A stretch of 64,000 bases of DNA. Source: Acidobacteriota bacterium. GTDB lineage: Bacteria > Acidobacteriota > Thermoanaerobaculia > Multivoradales > Multivoraceae. The notes beneath the pieces are model-generated. The model saw only the letters and a list, made by a program, of their open reading frames with translations. It had not been told where the DNA came from and ran no database searches. The stretch covers positions 46,669-110,668 of the forward strand of contig JAPOVF010000399.1 in assembly GCA_026708285.1 (NCBI GenBank), given 5' to 3'. Shown one piece after another: positions 49,610 to 59,084 of this stretch (its first letter is position 1; the number at the start of each line of letters is the position of its first letter). The position numbers were made by a program, and so were the translations under genes.

Positions 49610-50227
49610 TCAGAGCCGGGAGAGCTGGCGCAGGCTCTGGCGGAGGAGTTCCTGGAACTCGACGTCGCGGTGCTCGGTGAGGACGCGGGAGACCGCGCGC
49701 CGGGCTTCGTTCGGGCGGTAGCCGAGGTTGAGCAGGGCGCTGATGACCTGTTCCTGGTCGTCCTCCAGTTCGGGCTCCGTCTCGGCCGGCGGCGGTTCGG
49801 CGCCGGACTCGGCCAGCAGCAGCTTCGCCTTTTCCTTCAGTTCCAGGACCATTCGCTCGGCGGTCTTGCGGCCGATCCCCGGGATCCGGGTCAGGGCGGC
49901 GACGTTGCCGCCGGCGATGGCCGTCAGGAGGTCGGCGGTCGAACCGCCGGAGAGAACGACCTGGGCCAGTCGGGGTCCGACACCGCTGACGCCGAGGCAG
50001 TGCTCGAACAGGGTGCGCTCCGCCTCGGTCCAGAAGCCGAACAGTTCGATCGCGTCGGCGCGTACGTGGGTGTGGATGTGGAGACCGAACTCGGCGCCGC
50101 CTTCCAGCTTGTCCAGCTCGAAGTACGTCGAGAGGGGGATGCGCACGGAGTACCCGACGCCGCCCACGTCGAGAACCAGGAGTTCGGGCCCCAGGGACTG
50201 ACGACGCCCGCGCAGGTAGCCGATCAA
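49610..50227 (-). CDS. ruvA: Holliday junction DNA helicase RuvA
   Basis: MIGYLRGRRQSLGPELLVLDVGGVGY N-terminus and two HhH motifs. Confidence 0.9.
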   Translation of the reverse strand: MIGYLRGRRQSLGPELLVLDVGGVGYSVRIPLSTYFELDKLEGGAEFGLHIHTHVRADAIELFGFWTEAERTLFEHCLGVSGVGPRLAQVVLSGGSTADLLTAIAGGNVAALTRIPGIGRKTAERMVLELKEKAKLLLAESGAEPPPAETEPELEDDQEQVISALLNLGYRPNEARRAVSRVLTEHRDVEFQELLRQSLRQLSRL

Positions 50228-50252
50228 GCGGGAGTCGCGGGCCGTGCGGCGG

Positions 50253-52205
50253 TCAGGTCCCGGCCGCCTCGGTCTCTCCGAGACCGAAGTTCTCGATGAA
50301 GTCCTTCGTGTAGCTGACGCCGAGCTCTTCGCGCAGGCGCCCGAGCACGGATTGCAGCATGCTCAGGGTGCGTTCAGCCAGGAGTTCGTTCCGCGTCGTC
50401 TCCGGATCGAACTGCAGCGGGTCGAAGGACTGCCGTTCGGTGACCTCGAACAGCACGCCGCCGAACGGCGTGTCGACGGGGCCGCCGAACTGGCCCGCGG
50501 CGAGAGTGAAGACTTCGCGGGAGAGGTCCGGCGCGGCGCCCAGCGCTCCGATCGGCTGCCGCAGGCCGAAGTTGCCGCTCTCCTCCACCGTCGCGTCGAA
50601 CTCGTTCGCCGCGTCGTCCAGGCTCAGTCCCCCGTCCAGCCGCTGCTTCGTCTCCGTGAGCGCGGCGGTCAGCAGTTCCCCCTCCTTCCGACGGCGCAGA
50701 GCGTCGCGTACGTCGACCTCGACCTCCGCGAATTCGGCGTCCCGCGGCGGCAGGGCCTCCAGTAGCGAGAGCAGAGCCCAGCCGGCCGCGATGCGGACGG
50801 GTTGCGACCACGTGTCGGATTCCAGGCCGAACGCTTCCGAGGAGAAGTTGAAGTTGCGGCCGACGCCGGGAACGGCGTCATCCTCCGCGAACGGCTCGGT
50901 GACCTCGAAGCTGATGCCCTCGGCGGCGGCCAGTTCACGGGCCTCGGTCTCGCCCTCGAACGGCTGGTCCGCCAGCCTCCCGGCGAGAGCGTCGATGCGG
51001 CTTCGGCCCTCTTCCTCGGCCTTGCTGGCCAGGAGCTGAACACGGATCAGGTTGCTGACCTCTTCCAGTGTCTGCCGCCCACCTTCCCTGCGGTCGTGAA
51101 CGAGGATCAGGTGGTGTCCGGTGCGGGGTCCGAGCTGGTTCTCGATCGGACCGACCAGCTCGCCGCTGCCGGCGCCGAAAGCGGCTTCCTCGAAGGCCTG
51201 TGTCATCGCGCCGCGGCCGAAGTAACCGAGGTCGCCGCCGTTCGCCCTGTTCGCCTCGTCGTCCGAGTGTTCGGCGGCCAGCGCGGCGAAGTCCTCGCCC
51301 GCCTCGATACGCCTGCGCAGGTCGCTCAGTTCCGCGCGGGCCTGCTCTCCGCTGCGGTTCGCGGTCTCGAGCAGGAGGATGTGGCTGGCCCTCACCTGTT
51401 CCGGTACTTCGAATTGCGCGGTGTTGTCGTCGTAGTACCCCTGAACCTCTTCGTCGGTCACTTCGAGTTCGGCGCGGACCGTGTTCGTGTTGACCAGGAG
51501 GTAGCCGACCCGTCTGCGCTCGGGCAGCCGGAAGTCGTCCCGGCTCTCTTCGAAGAACAGGGCGGCCTCCTCGGCCGAAGGCTCAGCCTCCGCGCCGTAG
51601 CGACTGGCGGGAACCTGGATGTAGCGGATGGCCGCCAGCTCGGCGGCGTCGCGGGCCCGCTGTTCGACCTCGGCGTCGGAGACGTGGGCGACCTCGCTCA
51701 GCGCCGCTTGCAGCTTGCCCACCAGGAGGGACGTCCGCAACTCGGCCTCGAACTCGTCCACCGTGTAGCGGGCCCTGCGGAGGGCCTCCTGGTACTGGCG
51801 GGGGCCGATGAAGTTGCCGGCGGCGTCGGTCAGGGCGGGTATGGAGAGGATCTCCTCCTGCAGCTCGTCGTCGCTGACCGTCAGTCCCAGCCGTTCCGCC
51901 TCCCGGGTGAGGAGGCGGTCATTGATCAGTGCTTCGAGGGTCTGCACCGGCAACTGCAGTTGATCGGCGAGGTCCGCGGTGTACGCGTCGCCGTAGATCT
52001 CCCGGTAGCGGTTCTCGGCGTTCCGGTAGGCACGCTCGAACTCGACGAAGGTGATGTCCTCCCGGCCGACCTTGGCCGCGACCTGGTTGATCTGGGTGCC
52101 GTCGAGCGCCTGAAAGTCGGTGAAGACCAGCAGCACGAACACTCCCGCGAGCCCGATCGCCAGCGGGTAGAAGCTCTTGATGTTCTTTCGGATGACGTTC
52201 AGCAT
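50253..52205 (-). CDS. ppiD: periplasmic chaperone PpiD-like (SurA N-domain + parvulin PPIase)
   Basis: 650 aa with an N-terminal TM anchor and a parvulin motif (SHILLL...GGDLGYFGRGAM). Confidence 0.7.
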   Translation of the reverse strand: MLNVIRKNIKSFYPLAIGLAGVFVLLVFTDFQALDGTQINQVAAKVGREDITFVEFERAYRNAENRYREIYGDAYTADLADQLQLPVQTLEALINDRLLTREAERLGLTVSDDELQEEILSIPALTDAAGNFIGPRQYQEALRRARYTVDEFEAELRTSLLVGKLQAALSEVAHVSDAEVEQRARDAAELAAIRYIQVPASRYGAEAEPSAEEAALFFEESRDDFRLPERRRVGYLLVNTNTVRAELEVTDEEVQGYYDDNTAQFEVPEQVRASHILLLETANRSGEQARAELSDLRRRIEAGEDFAALAAEHSDDEANRANGGDLGYFGRGAMTQAFEEAAFGAGSGELVGPIENQLGPRTGHHLILVHDRREGGRQTLEEVSNLIRVQLLASKAEEEGRSRIDALAGRLADQPFEGETEARELAAAEGISFEVTEPFAEDDAVPGVGRNFNFSSEAFGLESDTWSQPVRIAAGWALLSLLEALPPRDAEFAEVEVDVRDALRRRKEGELLTAALTETKQRLDGGLSLDDAANEFDATVEESGNFGLRQPIGALGAAPDLSREVFTLAAGQFGGPVDTPFGGVLFEVTERQSFDPLQFDPETTRNELLAERTLSMLQSVLGRLREELGVSYTKDFIENFGLGETEAAGT

Positions 52206-52267
52206 GGCGGTGGCTCCCTGCCGCGTTCGCAGCCGGTGGCGATGGTAACAGGATAAGGTTCGCCGCG

Positions 52268-53284
52268 ATGCGCTTCCTGCATTGGTTCTCCAGCAATTTG
52301 GCGATCGACCTGGGGACCGCGAACACCCTCGTGTTCACCCAGGCGAACGGCATCGTCGTGCGCGAGCCGTCGGTCGTGGTCGTGAACAACCAGAGCAACC
52401 GCATCGAGGCGGTGGGCGCCGAGGCCAAGGAGATGCTCGGCCGCACTCCGGGCATCCTGGTGCTCGTGCGGCCGATGAAGGACGGCGTGATCGCCGACTT
52501 CGAGATGACCGAGCAGATGCTCAAGTACTTCATTCGCAAGGCCCATCACGGCCGGCGTTTCGCCCGCCCACGGATCGTGATCGGCGTGCCGTCCGAGATC
52601 ACTCCCGTGGAGAAGCGCGCCGTGCGGGAGTCCGCGATGAGCGCCGGCGCCTCGGAGGTCTTCCTGGTCGAGCAGGCCATGATGGCCGCGATCGGCGCCG
52701 GTCTGCCGATCACCGAACCGACCGGCAACATGATCGTGGACATCGGAGGCGGCACGACCGATGTCGCCGTCATCTCGCTCGCCGGGACGGTGTACAGCCG
52801 GTCGTTGCGGGTGGCGGGCAACGCGATGGACGACGCGATCGCCCAGCATCTCAAGCGCGAGCACAATCTTCTGATCGGCGAACGGACAGCGGAGGAAATC
52901 AAGGTCGAGATCGGCTCCGCGTTTCCCCTCCAGGAGAGGATGCACATGAACATCACGGGGCGCGACCTCGTGAAGGGCGTGCCGCGCAGCCTGAAGGTCT
53001 CCGACGAGGAGATCCGCGAAGCGCTGGCCGAGCCGGTGTCCGCGATCGTCAACTCGGTGCTTCAGGCCCTCGAACGGATGCCGCCGGAGCTTTCGGCCGA
53101 CGTGATGGACAAGGGCGTCGTGCTGTCCGGTGGGGGTGCGCTGCTCCTCGCGCTGGACCAGCGCCTGCGCGAGGCGACGGGACTGCCGGTCTTTGCCGCC
53201 GAGGATCCACTTGCCTCCGTCGTTCTCGGCGCGGGCCGGGCCCTGCGGGACATCGATCTGCTGCGAAGGGTCTCCGTTCGCTAG
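52268..53284 (+). CDS. mreB: rod shape-determining protein MreB
   Basis: AIDLGTANTLVF and IVDIGGGTTD are the actin-like phosphate loops. Confidence 0.95.
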   Translation: MRFLHWFSSNLAIDLGTANTLVFTQANGIVVREPSVVVVNNQSNRIEAVGAEAKEMLGRTPGILVLVRPMKDGVIADFEMTEQMLKYFIRKAHHGRRFARPRIVIGVPSEITPVEKRAVRESAMSAGASEVFLVEQAMMAAIGAGLPITEPTGNMIVDIGGGTTDVAVISLAGTVYSRSLRVAGNAMDDAIAQHLKREHNLLIGERTAEEIKVEIGSAFPLQERMHMNITGRDLVKGVPRSLKVSDEEIREALAEPVSAIVNSVLQALERMPPELSADVMDKGVVLSGGGALLLALDQRLREATGLPVFAAEDPLASVVLGAGRALRDIDLLRRVSVR

Positions 53285-53321
53285 CGCACGCTCCTAGGCA
53301 CGAAGAGCTAAGGTCCCCTGG

Positions 53322-54164
53322 ATGAGCGAGCGCCGGGTCGCGATCCTGTTCGGCGGCGTCGTAGTCTTCCTGCTGGCGTTGCTCACGGCTCAGGAGCCGC
53401 AGAGGGCGGGGGACCTGGCGCTCTGGGTCGAGGGCCCGGTCAAGCAGTTCGTCGCCACCGTTGCCGAGACCGTGGACCGCGTCCGCCAAGGTCGGGTTGC
53501 CCGGGCCGAGATGGAGCGCGAGAACGTGGAATTGCGGGAGCGCGTCCGCGAACTCGAGGCGGCCTACGCGGCCAGCGTGGGCGTCCGCCTGGAGAGCGAC
53601 CTGGTCTCGAAGCAACTGCGCTACGAGCCGCCCGCGGATGCGGATCTCCTGTTGGCGGATGTCGTGTACGTCGATCACTACTCCTTCAGGCGGACCGCGA
53701 TTCTGCGTCTGCCCGCTGGCGCGAGACGGGACGACTGGGCGCGGAAACCCGTGACGACGGCTGAGGGCCTGCTGGGACGTGTCGTCTCGGCGGGCGGCGG
53801 CTATGCCCGGGTGCTGCTGGTCACGGACCGGGACTCCTCGGTCGGCGCCATGGTCGAGCGTACGCGTCGCCAGGGCATCGTCCGCGGCACGAGGGAGGAT
53901 CCCGGCGTGCTCTCGCTCATGTTTCTACCGCTGCAGGTCGACGTGCGACCCGGGGACCTCGTGGTCACCGCGGGCATAGACGGCGTCTTCCCGCGCGGCA
54001 TCCCGGTCGGCACGATCACTTCGGTCGAGTCCGACGGCGACCTGTTCCACGCCATCAGGGTGGTTCCGAGCGTCGATCTGGGATCGCTCACCCATGCGTA
54101 CATCTGGCGCCACGACCCGGTGCCCGAGGTGTACATGGACGGCGGGGATGGCGTCAGCCAGTAG
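53322..54164 (+). CDS. mreC: rod shape-determining protein MreC
   Basis: N-terminal TM segment, coiled coil and a C-terminal beta domain. It directly follows mreB. Confidence 0.8.
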   Translation: MSERRVAILFGGVVVFLLALLTAQEPQRAGDLALWVEGPVKQFVATVAETVDRVRQGRVARAEMERENVELRERVRELEAAYAASVGVRLESDLVSKQLRYEPPADADLLLADVVYVDHYSFRRTAILRLPAGARRDDWARKPVTTAEGLLGRVVSAGGGYARVLLVTDRDSSVGAMVERTRRQGIVRGTREDPGVLSLMFLPLQVDVRPGDLVVTAGIDGVFPRGIPVGTITSVESDGDLFHAIRVVPSVDLGSLTHAYIWRHDPVPEVYMDGGDGVSQ

Positions 54165-54666
54165 GTTCGCCGGTGCTCTGGCGGCGGTCGCTCTCGTCGA
54201 GGTCCTGCTTGGTGAAGTGCTGCCGGCGGCGGCGAACGTCGTTGAACTGTTCGTGCTGCTCGTCGTCCTCATCAGCCTCAGGGGGAATTCGCTTCACGGT
54301 CTGACCGGCGGTCTCGCGGCCGGTCTGGTCCAGGACACTCTCACGGCCTCGCTCTTCGGTCTGAACAGCCTGGCCTGCTGTGTCGTCGGCTACGGGGTCG
54401 CACGAGCCTCGCAGCGGATCCTGACGAACCGGCGCATGGTGGCGGGGCTTCTGATCGCGGTGGGCGTGATGGTGCATCAGGTTCTGGTGATCGGCCTGCT
54501 CACCGTTCTCGACATCGCCGATGTCGACCCCGACGTGCTCGTCGTCCTCTCACGGGCTCTCCTGACGAGCGCGGTGGGCCTGGCGTACCTGTGGCTGGCC
54601 CGGCGACTGCGAGAGTGGGCCCTCAGGCGGCGTACACTGGCAGCGAGACGACTTCGTTCGAAGTAG
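54148..54666 (+). CDS. mreD: rod shape-determining protein MreD
   Basis: ~170-aa polytopic membrane protein following mreC. The start is set at the internal Met. Confidence 0.6.
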   Translation: MASASRFAGALAAVALVEVLLGEVLPAAANVVELFVLLVVLISLRGNSLHGLTGGLAAGLVQDTLTASLFGLNSLACCVVGYGVARASQRILTNRRMVAGLLIAVGVMVHQVLVIGLLTVLDIADVDPDVLVVLSRALLTSAVGLAYLWLARRLREWALRRRTLAARRLRSK

Positions 54667-54679
54667 CCCGGAGGCAACG

Positions 54680-56482
54680 GTGAACCTGCAAAGCCCTGGC
54701 CACGAACACAGTGCGGATCGCGTGCTGCTGCTGATGGCGACGCGCCTGAGGTGGCTCGTCGGCTCTCTCGCGGTCGGTTTCGCGGTCGTTCTGGGTTCGT
54801 ACTGGTACTACCAGGTCGTTCGCGGGGAGCACTACGGCCGGCTGGCGGAGAACAACCGCCTGCGGATCCTGCGGCTGGACGCGCCTCGCGGGTTGATCTA
54901 CGACCACTCCGGTCAAGTCCTGGTTGAGAACACACCGACCTTCCGCCTGCTGATCGTGCGGAACCGGAGCGCCGATCTGGAGGCGAGCCTGGCGTTTGCG
55001 GCCGACATTCTCGGCCACGACGACAGCAGGGAGCTGGAGCGTTCGCTCGAGCGCTACCGCGGCGTCGGTTCGGACGTCCCCGTGCTGCTGGCCGAGGAAC
55101 TGGAACTGAACCAGGTCGCGCGCTTCGAGGTCTCGGTCCTGGAGCATCCGGAGTTCGAGGTCTCCGCTTCGAGGCGCCGCCTCTACCGGTACAGCGACCA
55201 GACCGCGCATCTTCTCGGGTATCTCAGCGAACCCACGGCGGCCGAGCAGGATCGCGATCCCACCCTGGTCGCGGCCGACATGATCGGCCGCAGCGGCGTG
55301 GAACGCCTGCGGGACCGCGCACTGCGCGGCACGGCGGGCGAGCGCACGGTGGTCGTCGACAGCCGGGGTCGGTTGGTGTCCGACGAGGATGTCGACCGGC
55401 TCGACGCGGTGGGAGGCGAGTCCGTCCACCTGACCGTCGATCTCCGATTGCAGCAGGAAGCGCAGAGTCTGCTGGTGGACAAGGTCGGCGCGATCGTGGC
55501 TCTCGATCCCAGGGACGGCGCCGTGCGGGCCATGGCCTCCTCGCCCTCCTTCGATCCGAACGGTTTCGCCGGCCGGCTCAACCAGGAGGATTGGGAGCGG
55601 ATCGTCGGCGCGCCGAACAGACCTCTTCAGAACCGGGCCATCCAGAACACCTACCCGCCGGGATCGGTGTTCAAGATCGTCATGGCGGTGGCGGGTCTGG
55701 CCGGGGGCCTGATCGATCCGGAGGAACGGATCTGGTGCGGGGGCGCGACACGGATCTACGACCGCCGCTGGCGCTGCTGGCAATCGAGGGGTCACGGTCG
55801 CCTGAATCTGCGCGGCGCCCTTCAACACTCCTGCGACATCTACTTCTATCGCCAGGGCATGAAGATGGGGATCGAGACGATCGCCCGCTACGCCCGCCGG
55901 TTGGGGCTCGGTGAGCCGACGGGTATCGAGTTCCCCGGCGAGCGGGAAGGACTGGTGCCCGATGCCGAGTGGAGCCTCACGAGCCGGGGGCTGCCCTGGT
56001 ATCCAGGTGAAACGATTTCGGTGGCGATCGGCCAGGGACCGCTGCTGACCACGCCGCTTCAGGTGGCGGTGATGACGGCGGCGGTCGCGAACGGGGGCTT
56101 CCTGGTGCGGCCCTACGTGCTGGCGGGTGGAGCGCGGCGGCCGGAGCCGATCGGCCTCGATGACGAGGTCGTGGCCTTCGTCGCGGACGCGCTGGCCAAT
56201 GTCGTGGAGACGGGCACCGGCCGCAGCGCCAGGAACCCGGTCGTGACGGTCGCGGGGAAGACCGGCACCGCGCAGGTCATCGCTCAGGAGACCTGGACGC
56301 GATCCGAGGACCTGCCCTTCGAGCACGGGGACCACGCCTGGTTCACGTCCTACGCCCCGGTCGATGCGCCTGAACTGGTTGTCGTCGTGTTCGTGGAACA
56401 CGGAGGCCGGGGTTCCGAGGTCGCGGCGCCCCTGGCCAGGCGGATGCACGAGAGCTACTTCGGTGCTTCTCCCCAGACCTGA
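54680..56482 (+). CDS. mrdA: penicillin-binding protein 2 (elongasome transpeptidase)
   Basis: N-terminal TM segment, SxxK motif (GSVFKIV), SxN and KTGT motifs. Confidence 0.9.
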   Translation: MNLQSPGHEHSADRVLLLMATRLRWLVGSLAVGFAVVLGSYWYYQVVRGEHYGRLAENNRLRILRLDAPRGLIYDHSGQVLVENTPTFRLLIVRNRSADLEASLAFAADILGHDDSRELERSLERYRGVGSDVPVLLAEELELNQVARFEVSVLEHPEFEVSASRRRLYRYSDQTAHLLGYLSEPTAAEQDRDPTLVAADMIGRSGVERLRDRALRGTAGERTVVVDSRGRLVSDEDVDRLDAVGGESVHLTVDLRLQQEAQSLLVDKVGAIVALDPRDGAVRAMASSPSFDPNGFAGRLNQEDWERIVGAPNRPLQNRAIQNTYPPGSVFKIVMAVAGLAGGLIDPEERIWCGGATRIYDRRWRCWQSRGHGRLNLRGALQHSCDIYFYRQGMKMGIETIARYARRLGLGEPTGIEFPGEREGLVPDAEWSLTSRGLPWYPGETISVAIGQGPLLTTPLQVAVMTAAVANGGFLVRPYVLAGGARRPEPIGLDDEVVAFVADALANVVETGTGRSARNPVVTVAGKTGTAQVIAQETWTRSEDLPFEHGDHAWFTSYAPVDAPELVVVVFVEHGGRGSEVAAPLARRMHESYFGASPQT

Positions 56483-57578
56483 TCCCTGGCTCCAGGTACG
56501 GCGGCTGCGGGCCGTCTCGTGGCAACTCGCCGGCGCGGCGCTGGCCCTGTCGACGGTGGGTCTGGTGGTGATCTCGAGCGCTTCGGCCGAACTGACGGCC
56601 AACTACGTCTCGCGCCAGTCCCTCTGGATCGCCTTGGGCGTGGTGGTCATGCTCGTAGCGGCCCTCGTCGACTACAACGTCCTGCTTCGGTACGCCATCT
56701 GGATCTACGCGGTGGCCGTGGTGGCGCTGGCGGCAGTGACGTTCTTCGGCCACGAAGCGGGTGGCGCCCGCAGTTGGATCGGGATCGGCGGTCTCGGCGG
56801 CCAGCCCTCCGATTTCTGCAAGATCGCGACGGTTCTGCTGCTGGCGCGGCGGCTGGCGGATTCCCAGGCGCCCGTTCCACCCCGGGGCGGCCTGTGGATG
56901 ACAGCAGCCATCTGTGCGCTGCCGGTGCTCCTGATCGCGCGCCAGCCGGACATGGGGGGCGCGCTCATGTTCGTGCCCGCGCTCGCCGCGATGGCGGTCG
57001 TCACCGGTGTCAGTCTGCGTTCGGCGCTCGTTGCGCTCGGCGCGGCTGTGGCCCTCGTGGCCGCCCTGTGGGTGTTCGCTCTGCCGGACTACCAGAAGAC
57101 GCGTGTCCTGAGTTATCTGCAGCCCCAGGCGGATCCCCTGGGATCGGGTTACCAGGTGCGTCAGAGCCGGATCGCGGTCGGATCGGGGCAGGCCCTGGGC
57201 AAGGGCTATGGCGAAGGGACGCAGTCGAACCTGCGCTTCCTGCCAACGCCGCACACGGACTTCGTGTTCGCGGTGCTGGCCGAGGAGTACGGATTCGCCG
57301 GCGTCACGCTCGTCATGGCGCTGTTCCTCCTCTACCTGGGTAACGGTGTCCGTATCGCGCTGTCGGCCCGGGATCCGGCAGGTCTGCTGCTGGTGGTCGG
57401 GCTTCTGGCCTTCCTCACCGGCTACGTTCTCTACAATACGGCGATGGTGGTCGGATTGCTGCCGATCACGGGCATACCGCTGCCCTTCCTGAGCTACGGC
57501 GGTTCCTTCATGCTCTTCTGCTGCGCGGCCACGGGGCTGATGATCGGCCTCGACCTGCGGCGGTTCGTCAACGTCTGA
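56463..57578 (+). CDS. mrdB: peptidoglycan glycosyltransferase RodA (SEDS family)
   Basis: Polytopic FtsW/RodA/SpoVE family protein (LPITGIPLPFLSYGGS). The GTG start is set to overlap the mrdA stop. Confidence 0.85.
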   Translation: MLLPRPDPWLQVRRLRAVSWQLAGAALALSTVGLVVISSASAELTANYVSRQSLWIALGVVVMLVAALVDYNVLLRYAIWIYAVAVVALAAVTFFGHEAGGARSWIGIGGLGGQPSDFCKIATVLLLARRLADSQAPVPPRGGLWMTAAICALPVLLIARQPDMGGALMFVPALAAMAVVTGVSLRSALVALGAAVALVAALWVFALPDYQKTRVLSYLQPQADPLGSGYQVRQSRIAVGSGQALGKGYGEGTQSNLRFLPTPHTDFVFAVLAEEYGFAGVTLVMALFLLYLGNGVRIALSARDPAGLLLVVGLLAFLTGYVLYNTAMVVGLLPITGIPLPFLSYGGSFMLFCCAATGLMIGLDLRRFVNV

Positions 57579-57621
57579 TCCGTCCGGTACCCGCTGCGGA
57601 CAAGTCGGTCTTCCACGTCGT

Positions 57622-59040
57622 ATGGACACAGAGCTTCTGGTGGAGAGCGATCCGCTCCAGACGCGGGTCGCCGTCGTCGAGTCCGGCCGGTTGGCGGAAC
57701 TGCTGATCGAGCGCCGCGGGCGTCGCGGTCAGGTCGGCAACCTGTACAAGGGCCGGGTGCGCCGCGTTCTCCCGGGCATGAGAGCGGCTTTCGTCGACCT
57801 GGGACTCGCTCGTGACGGCTACCTGTGGATCGAGGACTGTTTGCCGCGCCGTGGCCAGGACCTGATCGTTCAGGTCACCAAGGATGGACTCGCGGGCAAG
57901 GGAGCGCGGATCACCACCCAGATCACGCTGCCCGGCCGCTACCTGGTGCTGACGCCGACCGCGGACCGTGTCGGCGTCTCGAAGCGCATCGTCGACGACG
58001 AAGAACGGGATCGCCTGAAGCGACTGGCATCGGCCGTATGCGACGACGACAGCCCCGCGCCTGGGTGCATCGTGCGGACCGCGGCGACCGGCGCGGCCGA
58101 GGAGCAGATCCGGGCGGACTACGCGGCGCTCCTGGCGGTCTGGCGGCGGCTCGAGGAGCGGGCGGCGGCCGCGCCCGCGCCGGCTCTGCTCCAGCGGGAG
58201 GACGAGCTGGACCTTCGTGTGATCCGCGACCTGTTCTCGGTCGATTTCGGGGCGCTGCTGGTCGACGGAGCCGACGCCTACCGGCGAATCGCGGAGTACC
58301 TCGAGCGGGTGCAGCCGGAGCTCGTCGACCGGGTGGAGCGGACCCGGAGTGGTCTGTTCGAGCGCTACCGGATCGACGACCAGTTGGAAGCAGCGCTGCG
58401 GGACCGCGCACCGCTTCCGTCCGGCGGCTACCTGGTGATCAACCAGACCGAGGCGCTGGTCGCGATCGACGTGAACACCGGCCGGGACGTGGGCTCCGCG
58501 GACTTCGAAGAGACGATTCTCAGGACGAACCTGGAGGCGGTCGTGGAGGCGGTGCGCCAGATCCGGCTGCGCGACCTGTCCGGCATCCTGGTGATCGATC
58601 TGATCGACATGGAGCGCGAGGACCACCGCGAGCGGGTGTTCGCCCGCCTCGAAACGGAGCTGAAGCGAGACCGCGCCAGACACAGGGTGCTCGACATCTC
58701 GGAGTTCGGCCTGGTCCAGCTGACCCGCCGGCGCAGCCACGCGAATCTGGAGACGCTGCTGACCAGGGACTGCCCCTACTGTCAGGGGGCGGGCCGGATC
58801 AAGTCGGTTGCCACGATCTGTCTGGAGTTGCGGCGGAGCTGCCTGGCCCGGGCCCGGGCCGGGGTCCGTCAGTTGGCGGTGCGGGTCCACCCCGAGGTCC
58901 TGGAGGGTCTGCGCGGCGCCGAGTCGGCGGTGCTCGACGGCCTGCAGGGGGCGTTCGAAGCACCGGTCATCGTTCAGGCGGATCCGGAGTTGCATCGCGA
59001 GCACTTCGTCCTGGCCGAACTGGCGGGGGAGCGGGCCTGA
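57622..59040 (+). CDS. rng: ribonuclease E/G family endoribonuclease (RNase G-like)
   Basis: S1 domain (GNLYKGRVRRVLPGMRAAFVDLG) and the RNase E/G catalytic DNase I-like domain. It is 472 aa with no scaffold region. Confidence 0.85.
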   Translation: MDTELLVESDPLQTRVAVVESGRLAELLIERRGRRGQVGNLYKGRVRRVLPGMRAAFVDLGLARDGYLWIEDCLPRRGQDLIVQVTKDGLAGKGARITTQITLPGRYLVLTPTADRVGVSKRIVDDEERDRLKRLASAVCDDDSPAPGCIVRTAATGAAEEQIRADYAALLAVWRRLEERAAAAPAPALLQREDELDLRVIRDLFSVDFGALLVDGADAYRRIAEYLERVQPELVDRVERTRSGLFERYRIDDQLEAALRDRAPLPSGGYLVINQTEALVAIDVNTGRDVGSADFEETILRTNLEAVVEAVRQIRLRDLSGILVIDLIDMEREDHRERVFARLETELKRDRARHRVLDISEFGLVQLTRRRSHANLETLLTRDCPYCQGAGRIKSVATICLELRRSCLARARAGVRQLAVRVHPEVLEGLRGAESAVLDGLQGAFEAPVIVQADPELHREHFVLAELAGERA

Positions 59041-59084
59041 ACTCCGAGGCGGACGGGCCGGAGCTCCGGTTCGAGTTCGACGGC

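Noticed and set aside
54623-56602. 659-aa ORF antisense to mrdA, and 56343-57629 antisense to rodA
   Set aside because: Both are antisense to strongly supported elongasome genes, with no recognisable motifs.
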